From an uncultured Gammaproteobacteria bacterium (GTDB taxonomy: Bacteria > Patescibacteriota > Patescibacteriia > Magasanikbacterales > UBA922), in NCBI GenBank assembly GCA_964345045.1, contig CAYFPM010000001.1, forward strand, positions 467,784 to 531,783: a stretch of DNA of 64,000 bases, in the 5' to 3' direction. The position numbers and the translations under genes were made by a program. Under the pieces are notes generated by a model. The model made no database searches. It saw nothing but the letters and a program-made list of their open reading frames with translations, and was not told where the DNA came from. Positions 8,975-17,177 of the stretch are shown in pieces (the stretch's first letter is position 1; the number at the start of each line of letters is the position of its first letter).

Positions 8975-10387
8975 TTATCCAATACTTCCTTCCATCTCCA
9001 GCTCAATTAATTTATTAAGCTCGAGAGCATATTCTAATGGCAAAGCTTTTACTACAGGCTCTATAAAGCCCGCTACCACCATTTGCATAGCTTGTTCCTG
9101 ACTCATTCCCCTACTCATAAGGTAAAAAATTTCATCATCCCCAATCTTACCAACTCTGGCTTCGTGAGCAATGTCTACCAGGTTATTATCAATCTTCATA
9201 TATGGGTGCGTGTTCGAAACTGACTCTGGATCCATGAGCAGAGCATCACACTCTACGTTCACAGCCGATCTTTCGGCTTTTTTTAAAACCTTTACTAGTC
9301 CACGATAAGTAGAAATTCCCCCACCAGCCGAGATAGACTTGGCAGCTATGGTTGATTTGGTTTCTGGAGCAGCATGAATTACTTTGCTACCAGTATCTTG
9401 ATTCTGGCCTGGCCCTGCAAAAGCTACCCCCAAACTATCGCTCCTAGCGCCCCGACCACGGAGGACCGAACAAGGATAAAGCATAGTCACTCCACTACCC
9501 ATATTGCCATTGATCCACTCTACTACTCCATTCTCGTCAACAATGGCTCGCTTGGTATTTAGGTTATAAGTGTTTTTACTCCAGTTTTCAATTGAATAAT
9601 AACGAACCCGAGCATTTTTCTTTACAAAAATTTCTACTCCACCAGCATGCAAAGAATTTTTGGTGTATCTGGGGGCGCTACAACCTTCTATATACTGTAC
9701 ATCACTGCCTTCGTCGGCAATTATTAAGGTATGTTCAAACTGGCCACCAGACTCGGCATTCATACGGAAATAAGCTTGGAGGGGCAAATCAACCTTTACT
9801 CCTTTTGGTACATAGATAAAAGTTCCACCCGACCAAACTGCGGCATGCAGCATTATAAATTTGTGATCATTGATCGGGATGCACTGCGTCATGAAGTATT
9901 CTTTGATTAGCTCAGGATATTTCTCTACGGCCACATCCATGTTTTCAAAAATAACGCCCTTTTCTTCCAAATCTTTTTTAATATTGTGGTAGACCACATC
10001 GCTGTCGTACTGGGCACCTACGCCAGCCAGAGCTGTTTTTTCGGCCTCTGGAATGCCCAGTCTATCAAAAGTATCTTTGATATCTTCCGGCACATCTTCC
10101 CAGCTAGTTGCTTCTTCTGTTCCGGGGCGAATGAAATAAACGATTTCATCTAAATTAAGATTTGATAAATCCGGCCCCCAAGTTGGTAGCGAAGTTTCCT
10201 TATAAAGTTCCAAAGCTTTCAATCTTTTTTCCAGCATCCATGCTGGTTCATTCTTTTGTTTTGAAATTTCTTTAACCACCTCTTCGCTTACACCAGGTTT
10301 GGATTTATAAGAAGATCGATCGATGTTGGCATCGTCGTATAGAGTACGGGAAGGTGAAAATGGGAGTTGGGTTTTGGTATTAGTCAT
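8975..10387 (-). CDS. sufB: Fe-S cluster assembly protein SufB
   Basis: 470 aa with full-length similarity to SufB (e.g. ...SGGTFIYVPKGVKV..., HEARVGKIGDDEIFYLMSRGMSQEQA). Confidence 0.95.
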   Translation of the reverse strand: MTNTKTQLPFSPSRTLYDDANIDRSSYKSKPGVSEEVVKEISKQKNEPAWMLEKRLKALELYKETSLPTWGPDLSNLNLDEIVYFIRPGTEEATSWEDVPEDIKDTFDRLGIPEAEKTALAGVGAQYDSDVVYHNIKKDLEEKGVIFENMDVAVEKYPELIKEYFMTQCIPINDHKFIMLHAAVWSGGTFIYVPKGVKVDLPLQAYFRMNAESGGQFEHTLIIADEGSDVQYIEGCSAPRYTKNSLHAGGVEIFVKKNARVRYYSIENWSKNTYNLNTKRAIVDENGVVEWINGNMGSGVTMLYPCSVLRGRGARSDSLGVAFAGPGQNQDTGSKVIHAAPETKSTIAAKSISAGGGISTYRGLVKVLKKAERSAVNVECDALLMDPESVSNTHPYMKIDNNLVDIAHEARVGKIGDDEIFYLMSRGMSQEQAMQMVVAGFIEPVVKALPLEYALELNKLIELEMEGSIG

Positions 10388-10839
10388 GCTTGACTTTTAA
10401 AAAATTTGGTGATATTAAAGTTAGTATGCTGGTAGAATTTATCCGAGAAACGTACTCAACTTTTTTTGGGGTTATTATCCTGTGTTGGCTAGTTTGGCCA
10501 GCCACGCCCTGGTATAGAAAGGATGACCTAGCAAGGTATTTGATCGCAATTTTCGTCAGTTTGACCTTGGGGGTCACGGGGTCTATGATTCATTGGGGGG
10601 TAGTCAAATGGCTTTGATCTGGATCTTGACGATTACCGGTCTACTTCCGGCAGTTTTGGGGGCAGCTCTATTCTGCTTTGTCAAGAGAGATAGATATGGG
10701 CATACTAGTTGGAAGGTAAAACTCTCAACTGGATGTTTGCTCTTGGCTAGCTTGCCTGGTTTGTTTCTGGTACTGGCTACCAGCTAGGTAATCTCAAACA
10801 AAACTACCCACAATCAATAAAGTCATAAAAATTGTGACT

Positions 10840-12084
10840 TTATCTTTTCTGGGTAGTTTTTGTTTTTGTCAGATTTATGACTTCTTTTATCTTCTTTACA
10901 GTATAATCAATCTCTTTTTTTGTATTACTTTTTCCCAAAGTAAATCTAATGCTCTGCTTAGCCTCTTTTTCACTCAAACCACAAGCAAGTAAAACATGAG
11001 AAACTTCGTCACTGTCTGTAGTACAAGCCGAACCACTAGAACACATTATCCCAAATTCACTAAGTCGCAGGATTAATTCTTCCGCATCAATATTATCAAA
11101 AACAACATTCAAATTGTTTGGCAAACGATTCTCTCCAAATTCAGGTCCATTCAATTTGACACTCTTAATTTCCCGCTTAAGCTCTTTCCAAAAGTAATTT
11201 CTCAATTCCTCAATTTTACTACTTATTGTTAATTGTTTACTGTTTAGTGCAATTGCTTTGGTCAATCCTATAATTTCTGGCACGTTTTCCGTTCCGGGAC
11301 GTAAACCAAATTCTTGCCCACCGCCGTAGTTCAAAGATTCCAACTCTACTCCCCTTCTTTTGTACAAAACGCCTACGCCTTTTGGTGCATAAATTTTGCT
11401 ACCGTTTATAGACATCAAATCAACATGAGTTTTCTCAACGTTCAAATTTAGATAGTTTGTAGCTTGGCAAGCATCTGTATGAAAAAATGGAAAAGCTGAT
11501 TTATTCTTTTTTCTAAACTTTAAAACTTCCTTCCCAATATCATTAATTGGTTGAATACTTCCAATTTCATTGTTCGCAAACATAATTGAAACCAAAACAG
11601 TTTCTGGTCGAAGAGCTTTTTTAAAATCATTTATATTTATTAATCCATTTTTATCAACATTGAGATAAGTAACTTCCCAACCTTCTTTTTCCAATTTTTT
11701 AATGGGTTCAAGCACGGCATGATGTTCTATCTTAGTGGTAATAATATGTTTTTTTGCTTTTTTGCCACCCTTCGGGTGATCAGCCGAAGGCTGATTTTCT
11801 AGTTTTTTTGTTAACCCTAATATAGCTAGATTACAAGATTCTGTACCACCGCTAGTAAAAATAATATTATCCGGGTGGGCAAAAAATTCTTTTGCCACTG
11901 TTTCTCTGGCTTCTCTGAGTTTTTTCTTGATTTCTGTTGCCCCTTGGTACAAAGCTGAGGGGTTAAAGTAAAGTTCGGAAAAATACGGTTTCATGGCAGC
12001 CAAAACCTGACTATCTATAGGAGTAGTCGCTGCGTGATCCAAATAAACTTGTTTTTTGGTATTTTTTGGCTTAAATAAGCGCAT
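10840..12084 (-). CDS. cysteine desulfurase, NifS/IscS-like (class V aminotransferase); carries an in-frame palindromic-element insertion
   Basis: 414 aa; YLDHAATTP N-terminus, PLP-Lys motif SINGSKIYAPKGVGVLY, active-site Cys loop SSGSACTTDS. An extra loop LENQPSADHPKGGKKA is encoded by the repeat at 11765-11802. Confidence 0.85.
   Translation of the reverse strand: MRLFKPKNTKKQVYLDHAATTPIDSQVLAAMKPYFSELYFNPSALYQGATEIKKKLREARETVAKEFFAHPDNIIFTSGGTESCNLAILGLTKKLENQPSADHPKGGKKAKKHIITTKIEHHAVLEPIKKLEKEGWEVTYLNVDKNGLININDFKKALRPETVLVSIMFANNEIGSIQPINDIGKEVLKFRKKNKSAFPFFHTDACQATNYLNLNVEKTHVDLMSINGSKIYAPKGVGVLYKRRGVELESLNYGGGQEFGLRPGTENVPEIIGLTKAIALNSKQLTISSKIEELRNYFWKELKREIKSVKLNGPEFGENRLPNNLNVVFDNIDAEELILRLSEFGIMCSSGSACTTDSDEVSHVLLACGLSEKEAKQSIRFTLGKSNTKKEIDYTVKKIKEVINLTKTKTTQKR
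11765..11802. repeat. 38-bp double-hairpin palindromic element, copy 1 (in frame inside the cysteine desulfurase gene)
   Basis: CCACCCTTCGGGTGATCAGCCGAAGGCTGATTTTCTAG contains two adjacent stem-loops (CACCC-TTCG-GGTG and CAGCC-GAAG-GCTG). It is the perfect reverse complement of the copy at 12542-12579. Confidence 0.8.
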
Positions 12085-12147
12085 AAAGTGTTTACATTTG
12101 TAAGGACTATGATATACTTTTTAGACCAATTTGTCAATCCTATAAAT

Positions 12148-12873
12148 ATGCAAAATTTAGCTAAATATACAGTAAAAGTCCTAGAAAAAACGCCTCTTAC
12201 AGCCGATGTGTATCATTTGAAATTGGAAAAACCAGTTGATTTTGGGTATCAGGCAGGCCAATTTATCCAATGGATTTTGAATAAAGAAGATAAAGAAATA
12301 TTTCGTTCATACTCACTTTGTTCTACTCCTCATGCCCCCACTCTAGATCTTTGTATAAAAATTGTCCCTGGTGGAGCCGCTTCGGAAGAAGTCAAAAAAT
12401 TACAATTAGGAGATGTTATTACAATCCAAGGCCCAAGAGGAAGATTTGTGCAAACTGATACTGAAAAAAATCAATTCTACATTGCTACAGGAGTTGGTCT
12501 TGCGCCAATTTTGGGAATTATCAAAGATGAGCTAGAAAATCAGCCTTCGGCTGATCACCCGAAGGGTGGTAAAAAAACAAAACAAAATATTTATTTACTA
12601 TTTGGTGTAAGAAGTGAAAAAGATGTTTTTTGGAAAAATGAATTAGAACAATTGAGTAAAGATTTTTCAAACTTTAATTTTGATATCACTCTGTCTCAAC
12701 CGGATTCAACTGATTGGGATGGGCTATCTGGTAGAGTTACCAATCATTTGGAAGAGCACTCTGCCGAACACAAATTTTATTTGTGTGGCAGTGCGAATAT
12801 GGTAAAAGATGTAAGAAAAATTTTGTTGGAAAAAAAAGTGGAGCCAGGAGACATCCACTTTGAAATATTTTAG
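12148..12873 (+). CDS. ferredoxin-NADP reductase-like FAD/NAD(P)-binding oxidoreductase; carries an in-frame palindromic-element insertion
   Basis: ORF 12088..12873; the likely start is MQNLAKY. FAD motif RSYSL (R-x-Y-S), GGAASEE, NAD motif ATGVGLAPI. The inserted loop LENQPSADHPKGGKKT is encoded by the repeat at 12542-12579. Confidence 0.6.
   Translation: MQNLAKYTVKVLEKTPLTADVYHLKLEKPVDFGYQAGQFIQWILNKEDKEIFRSYSLCSTPHAPTLDLCIKIVPGGAASEEVKKLQLGDVITIQGPRGRFVQTDTEKNQFYIATGVGLAPILGIIKDELENQPSADHPKGGKKTKQNIYLLFGVRSEKDVFWKNELEQLSKDFSNFNFDITLSQPDSTDWDGLSGRVTNHLEEHSAEHKFYLCGSANMVKDVRKILLEKKVEPGDIHFEIF
12542..12579. repeat. 38-bp double-hairpin palindromic element, copy 2 (in frame inside the FNR-like gene)
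   Basis: CTAGAAAATCAGCCTTCGGCTGATCACCCGAAGGGTGG is identical to the reverse complement of 11765-11802. The two copies form a perfect inverted repeat 739 bp apart spanning the divergent gene starts. Confidence 0.8.
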
Positions 12874-12878
12874 TTTGT

Positions 12879-13454
12879 CTAAAACGGCAAAGTCATATTT
12901 ACACCACTAGCAGTTTGTTGCTCGGAAACTGGTGGTGGTTCAAAATCCACGGCAATAGGTTTCAAATCTCCTGTTAGCGAACTATAGTAAAGCATCTTAT
13001 TTTTTTTGCCGTATTCGTAGACTTCTTTGGTTACTTTTACATCTTGTTCACAGTATTTTTTAATTTCATCAATTTTTCCTTCTTCGTACCATTTTACAGC
13101 TTGCAAACCATCGGCACTTTTGGATATTTGGAGAGTAGCTTTGGCAATATCATCTAGTTTGTATCTGCTACCAGACATTTCTTTTATCACTTTTAACAAA
13201 TCCAAATGAGGAATATTTGTCAATTCTCCAGTGTAATATCTATCCAAAATTGGAAGATCAAAACTTTCACTATTGTAACCAATTAGTCTTTCGGCTCTTT
13301 CCAAAATAGGCCAAAGTTGACCAAGTTCATGTTCGTCAAAAGATGTATATCTATCATGTTCATACTCATAAATAGATACTACGGTTACCTTTAGATTGGC
13401 TTGATTTCTAATGTCTCCAAAAGTTTCTATATCAAAAACTATTTCTCTAGACAT
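12879..13454 (-). CDS. DEDD-family 3'-5' exonuclease (DnaQ/RNase D-like)
   Basis: ORF to 13493; likely start MSREIVFDIETFG (Exo I DxE). GYNSESFDLPIL (Exo II) and YCEQDVKVT (Exo III, Y-x3-D) motifs are present. Confidence 0.6.
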   Translation of the reverse strand: MSREIVFDIETFGDIRNQANLKVTVVSIYEYEHDRYTSFDEHELGQLWPILERAERLIGYNSESFDLPILDRYYTGELTNIPHLDLLKVIKEMSGSRYKLDDIAKATLQISKSADGLQAVKWYEEGKIDEIKKYCEQDVKVTKEVYEYGKKNKMLYYSSLTGDLKPIAVDFEPPPVSEQQTASGVNMTLPF

Positions 13455-13599
13455 AATTATTTTTTTACAAATACAAAAAGAAGTGTAACACACTTCTTTT
13501 GAAAATTTAAGTTACCTTTCATTTCTTTTCAAAAGATAAAAAGAAAGGGAAGGTGACAAGTAGTTTGTTTAGCTAGGTGTAGGGGCAGTTGGTCGTGTT

Positions 13600-15207
13600 C
13601 TACTTTACGCCATGCATGCCGCGGTTCAAAAGTGGAACCAGCAGAAGCAAGAGAAAAGCAGCCGCCAAAGCAACGTATCCCAACGGTCCAAAGACCGATG
13701 AGAAGTTCGCCAGGCTATCGAACGAAGACAGCAATTCTGGTGAGTAATTTTGATTTTCACTCAAAATTCCCGCCATTTTTGCTGCCTCCCCTGCTACCAG
13801 ATTGGTTTCTCCAGACCCGGCGGTAAGCTTGGCAATCACTCCGCCAGCATGGTGCGCCATAGCCACCGACAAGAACCAAGCTCCCATGACAGTTCCGCCC
13901 ATCTCCTTGGGGGTGAGCTTGGTAACGAGCGACAGACCAATTGGCGAAAGGCAAAGTTCTCCGGTGGTGTGCAACAGATACCCTACGAGCAAGAAGATCA
14001 TGGGAATGACTGCCGCTTGTTTCACAACCGTGTCCGTTCCCTCGGTCACACTGATATCGGCAACCGAAACAAACCGAACTGACCATGCCAAAACCAGGAA
14101 ACCCAGCCCAAGCTGAGCCAGCCCCAACACAAACTTGGTGGGGGCGGATGGTGGCCAGCGGCTCTTGGCCAACCACTTCCACAGTTTGTCGAAAGGAGTT
14201 GCCAGAAGCAGAATCAGTGCGGGGTTCACAGATTGGAACCATGCTGTGGGGACTTCGAATCCGGCGATCGTTCTGTTCACGTTGGAATTGGTGAACAAAT
14301 TGATCGAAGATCCAGCCTGCTCGAAAAAGGCAAAAAAGATCATGGTGAAGACGAAGAGCGTCAAGACCACGAAGAGTCTATCCCTCACGATTTTCTCACT
14401 ACGAAGGGCTTTCACGAAGATGTAGAGCAACACCAGAATGCAGAAGGGAGTGAGGATATTTCCCATCAGCTCGTAATTCTTCATGAGCCAGGCGAAAAGA
14501 ACCACGCTCAAGAAAGACAGGATGTAGATGGAGTTTTCTGTGCTCACCCCGGGCAGAAGGTTCTTTTCGAGTTTCTGCCTATCGGGCGGATCCCCATTCG
14601 GACCAAGTTTCCCCTGCCCTAGGCCAAAGGTGATCAACCCGATTAGCATACCAACTCCGGCGATTCCAAATCCGTAGGACCAGCCAAATTTGGCTCCGAC
14701 CCAGCCACACAAGAGACCCGAGATTACTGCTCCCAGGTTGATCCCCATGTAGAAGATGGTGAACCCACCATCCCTTCGAGCATCGTTCTCTCGGTAGAGG
14801 CCGCCAACCATATTTGAAATGTTCGGCTTGAACATGCCATTGCCAACGATCAAGAAGGCCAAGGCAATGTAGAGGAAGGTTTCGGTTTCGATGGCCATCA
14901 CGAAGTGACCAATAGCCATGAGAATCGCCCCGAGCAGGACAGTCTTCTTGAAGCCAAGGTATAGATCCGCGATCCGGCCTCCGATGAAGGGCGTGGCGTA
15001 CACCAGAGCTCCGTAGGCGGCGTAAATACCGTAGCTCTTGGCCTTGGCCGCCTCTGTACCCATCTCGTAGAAGAGCGTGCTGGTGAGATAGAGTACGAGC
15101 AAAGCTCTCATGCCGTAGAAGCTAAAGCGCTCCCACATTTCGGTCATGAAGAGCATGAAGAGCTCCGGTGGGTGCTTTTCTTTGGTTGTGATTTCTTCAG
15201 TCGTCAA
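13600..15207 (-). CDS. proton-dependent oligopeptide transporter (POT/PTR2 family, DtpT-like)
   Basis: 535 aa; signature EMWERFSFYGMRALLVLYL (ExxERFxYYG), 12-14 TM helices. The whole gene is about 50-55% GC in a roughly 33% GC background, which is why both strands show many overlapping spurious ORFs. Confidence 0.85.
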   Translation of the reverse strand: MTTEEITTKEKHPPELFMLFMTEMWERFSFYGMRALLVLYLTSTLFYEMGTEAAKAKSYGIYAAYGALVYATPFIGGRIADLYLGFKKTVLLGAILMAIGHFVMAIETETFLYIALAFLIVGNGMFKPNISNMVGGLYRENDARRDGGFTIFYMGINLGAVISGLLCGWVGAKFGWSYGFGIAGVGMLIGLITFGLGQGKLGPNGDPPDRQKLEKNLLPGVSTENSIYILSFLSVVLFAWLMKNYELMGNILTPFCILVLLYIFVKALRSEKIVRDRLFVVLTLFVFTMIFFAFFEQAGSSINLFTNSNVNRTIAGFEVPTAWFQSVNPALILLLATPFDKLWKWLAKSRWPPSAPTKFVLGLAQLGLGFLVLAWSVRFVSVADISVTEGTDTVVKQAAVIPMIFLLVGYLLHTTGELCLSPIGLSLVTKLTPKEMGGTVMGAWFLSVAMAHHAGGVIAKLTAGSGETNLVAGEAAKMAGILSENQNYSPELLSSFDSLANFSSVFGPLGYVALAAAFLLLLLVPLLNRGMHGVK

Positions 15208-15263
15208 GGTTGTCCCCTTCTGTCTGCGAGCGATCCACTCTTTGTTTGTTTTTTCTAGCTAGT

Positions 15264-15317
15264 ACTAGAGGATCGCCAAAATAGATATAAAGCATATTTA
15301 CTTTGAAGATCCTCTAG
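15264..15317. promoter_or_regulatory. 11-bp inverted repeat (ACTAGAGGATC ... GATCCTCTAGT) in the 5' region of the POT transporter gene
   Basis: Perfect 11-bp arms separated by 32 nt, 57-110 nt upstream of the transporter start codon; a candidate operator or attenuator structure. Confidence 0.3.
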
Positions 15318-15438
15318 TTATTTACTACTTGTCAGGAACTCTCCTTAATAATAAATAAAAAGAGTAATATATTACCCTTTTTATTATCAAAAGCAGTTTA
15401 CTGATTAATTTTGTTTTGGTCAAATCTGCTAACTTAAG

Positions 15439-15792
15439 TTAAACTGCTTTTTTGAAACTAACCTTGAAATTAGGTTCGTACTGGTTGCCGTATTCGTCTT
15501 CTACTTCTACAGTTTCCCCTTTCATTAGCGTTGTCATGGCAATATCTGTCAAAACTTCCATATCGCTAGCTATATCAATTTTCAAATCTTCAAGTTGAGT
15601 TAACTCACTAGAAAATTGTTCTTTTATTGTTAGTTCTATTTGTTTTTTCTTTTCTTTCAAATTTTTTAATTTGTCGGTAATGTCTTGATACTCCATAGAT
15701 CCGGCCAGAGCATCTTTGTAAGCAGTCTTTAGGTCTTTTTGTTTCTTTTTGGATTCTTGGATTCTACTAAAAATTTCTTGGATTGATTGCAT
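15439..15792 (-). CDS. hypothetical coiled-coil protein
   Basis: 117 aa, highly charged with heptad-like K/E-rich segments; no recognisable catalytic motif. A hairpin plus T-run lies downstream at about 15362-15390. Confidence 0.4.
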   Translation of the reverse strand: MQSIQEIFSRIQESKKKQKDLKTAYKDALAGSMEYQDITDKLKNLKEKKKQIELTIKEQFSSELTQLEDLKIDIASDMEVLTDIAMTTLMKGETVEVEDEYGNQYEPNFKVSFKKAV

Positions 15793-15845
15793 GTTATTTT
15801 TTTAAAAATAAGTTTGAACATTATAGCACAAACTTATTTTGTCTA

Positions 15846-16403
15846 CTACTCCCCTTCAATTAGGGATATTATTTCACTTTCTCTTGTGTCTTGGCTGGAA
15901 ATATTTTGTATATAGCCATTTTTATCTATATAAATATGGGTATTGGTAAATCGAATACCATATAGATTGGATACTTGACCTTTGTCCAAAGCAATTGGAA
16001 ATTCTATATCGTTGGAATTAACAAATTTTTCTATAGTCCCAATATTTTCACGTAAATTTATTCCAATTATTTCTACATCATTTTTATATTTTTGATAAAA
16101 CTTATTTAATTTTGGCATATCCCTTTGGCAATTGTGGCACCAAGAAGCCCAAAAATCCAATATAACCGGTTTTTGGCCACGAAAGCTAGACAAGGTCACA
16201 GTGCCCCCATCCAAAGTTGACAGGGTGAAATCTGGAGCTAATTCTATATCATTGTTGTGACTGTTATCAGTTTTTAAAATAGAATTGGAATCTGCAGAAA
16301 AATTATTTATTCCTCCCCTACTTTCAATAGATTTAAAAAGTAAAAAACCCAAACCAACTGCAAAAATCATACCATAAACCAACGGCTTTTTGTTTTTAAT
16401 CAT
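15846..16403 (-). CDS. TlpA/ResA-like periplasmic thiol-disulfide oxidoreductase (thioredoxin fold)
   Basis: N-terminal membrane anchor; active site WASWCHNCQRDMP (W-C-x-x-C). Confidence 0.75.
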   Translation of the reverse strand: MIKNKKPLVYGMIFAVGLGFLLFKSIESRGGINNFSADSNSILKTDNSHNNDIELAPDFTLSTLDGGTVTLSSFRGQKPVILDFWASWCHNCQRDMPKLNKFYQKYKNDVEIIGINLRENIGTIEKFVNSNDIEFPIALDKGQVSNLYGIRFTNTHIYIDKNGYIQNISSQDTRESEIISLIEGE

Positions 16404-16408
16404 ATTTT

Positions 16409-17173
16409 TTATAAGTAATCGAGGAGTGCCTCGTATCTAATAAAATTAAATAATTTGTAAGAATACGCCAACCACACATTCATACTATCTGTCACCAACA
16501 AAATTCCTAAGAAAAGCAAAAATAATCCACCAATAAAAGAAATTATATTAAGATATTTTGTTAATTTTTTAATATATTGAGTTGCATGGCCTACTCCTAA
16601 AGCAATTATTAAAAATGGAATAGCCAAACCAAGTGAAAAAACAAACAATAAGAAAGTACCTTCTAGGATGGTCCCCGATGTAGAAGCCAGCAAAAGAATC
16701 GTTCCCAAAATAGGCCCTACACAAGGAGTCCAGCCTGCCGCAAAAGTCATCCCAAACAGAAAAGAACTAGAAGGTTTGCCTGGAGTTAGTGAATTAGCAA
16801 ATTGTAATTTTTTTTCTCGATTTAAAAAATTAAAAAATGGTAATTTAAAAACGTGCATTAAATAAAGACCAAAAAATATTACGAAAATTCCACCAATTCT
16901 ACTAATCCAAATTCTGTATTGAGCCAAGGCTGATCCTGCCAAACCAAAAATTGTACCCAGTAATATAAATACCAAACTAAAACCAATTACATATAACAAA
17001 CCATTTAAAAGTATTTTCCTTTTGGCTTGTTTTAGTTTTTCTGGATTTTTTAGATCAGTTACAGACACACCACTAATAAAGGCCAAGTACCCAGGTATCA
17101 GAGGTAGGGTGCAAGGTGCCAAAAAAGTAATTATGCCGGCAATAAAAGCTGGTATTATAAGAGATATGTCCAT
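16409..17173 (-). CDS. ccdA: cytochrome c-type biogenesis / thiol-disulfide transporter CcdA (DsbD transmembrane-domain family)
   Basis: 254 aa, about 6 TM helices. Conserved FLAPCTLPLIPGY in TM1 and a second Cys in AAGWTPCVGP match CcdA. Confidence 0.8.
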   Translation of the reverse strand: MDISLIIPAFIAGIITFLAPCTLPLIPGYLAFISGVSVTDLKNPEKLKQAKRKILLNGLLYVIGFSLVFILLGTIFGLAGSALAQYRIWISRIGGIFVIFFGLYLMHVFKLPFFNFLNREKKLQFANSLTPGKPSSSFLFGMTFAAGWTPCVGPILGTILLLASTSGTILEGTFLLFVFSLGLAIPFLIIALGVGHATQYIKKLTKYLNIISFIGGLFLLFLGILLVTDSMNVWLAYSYKLFNFIRYEALLDYL

Positions 17174-17177
17174 AATG

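Noticed and set aside
13632-14622. Many 60-160-aa ORFs on both strands overlapping the POT transporter gene
   Set aside because: Artefacts of high GC content (few stop codons); the POT reading frame is continuous and carries the family signature.
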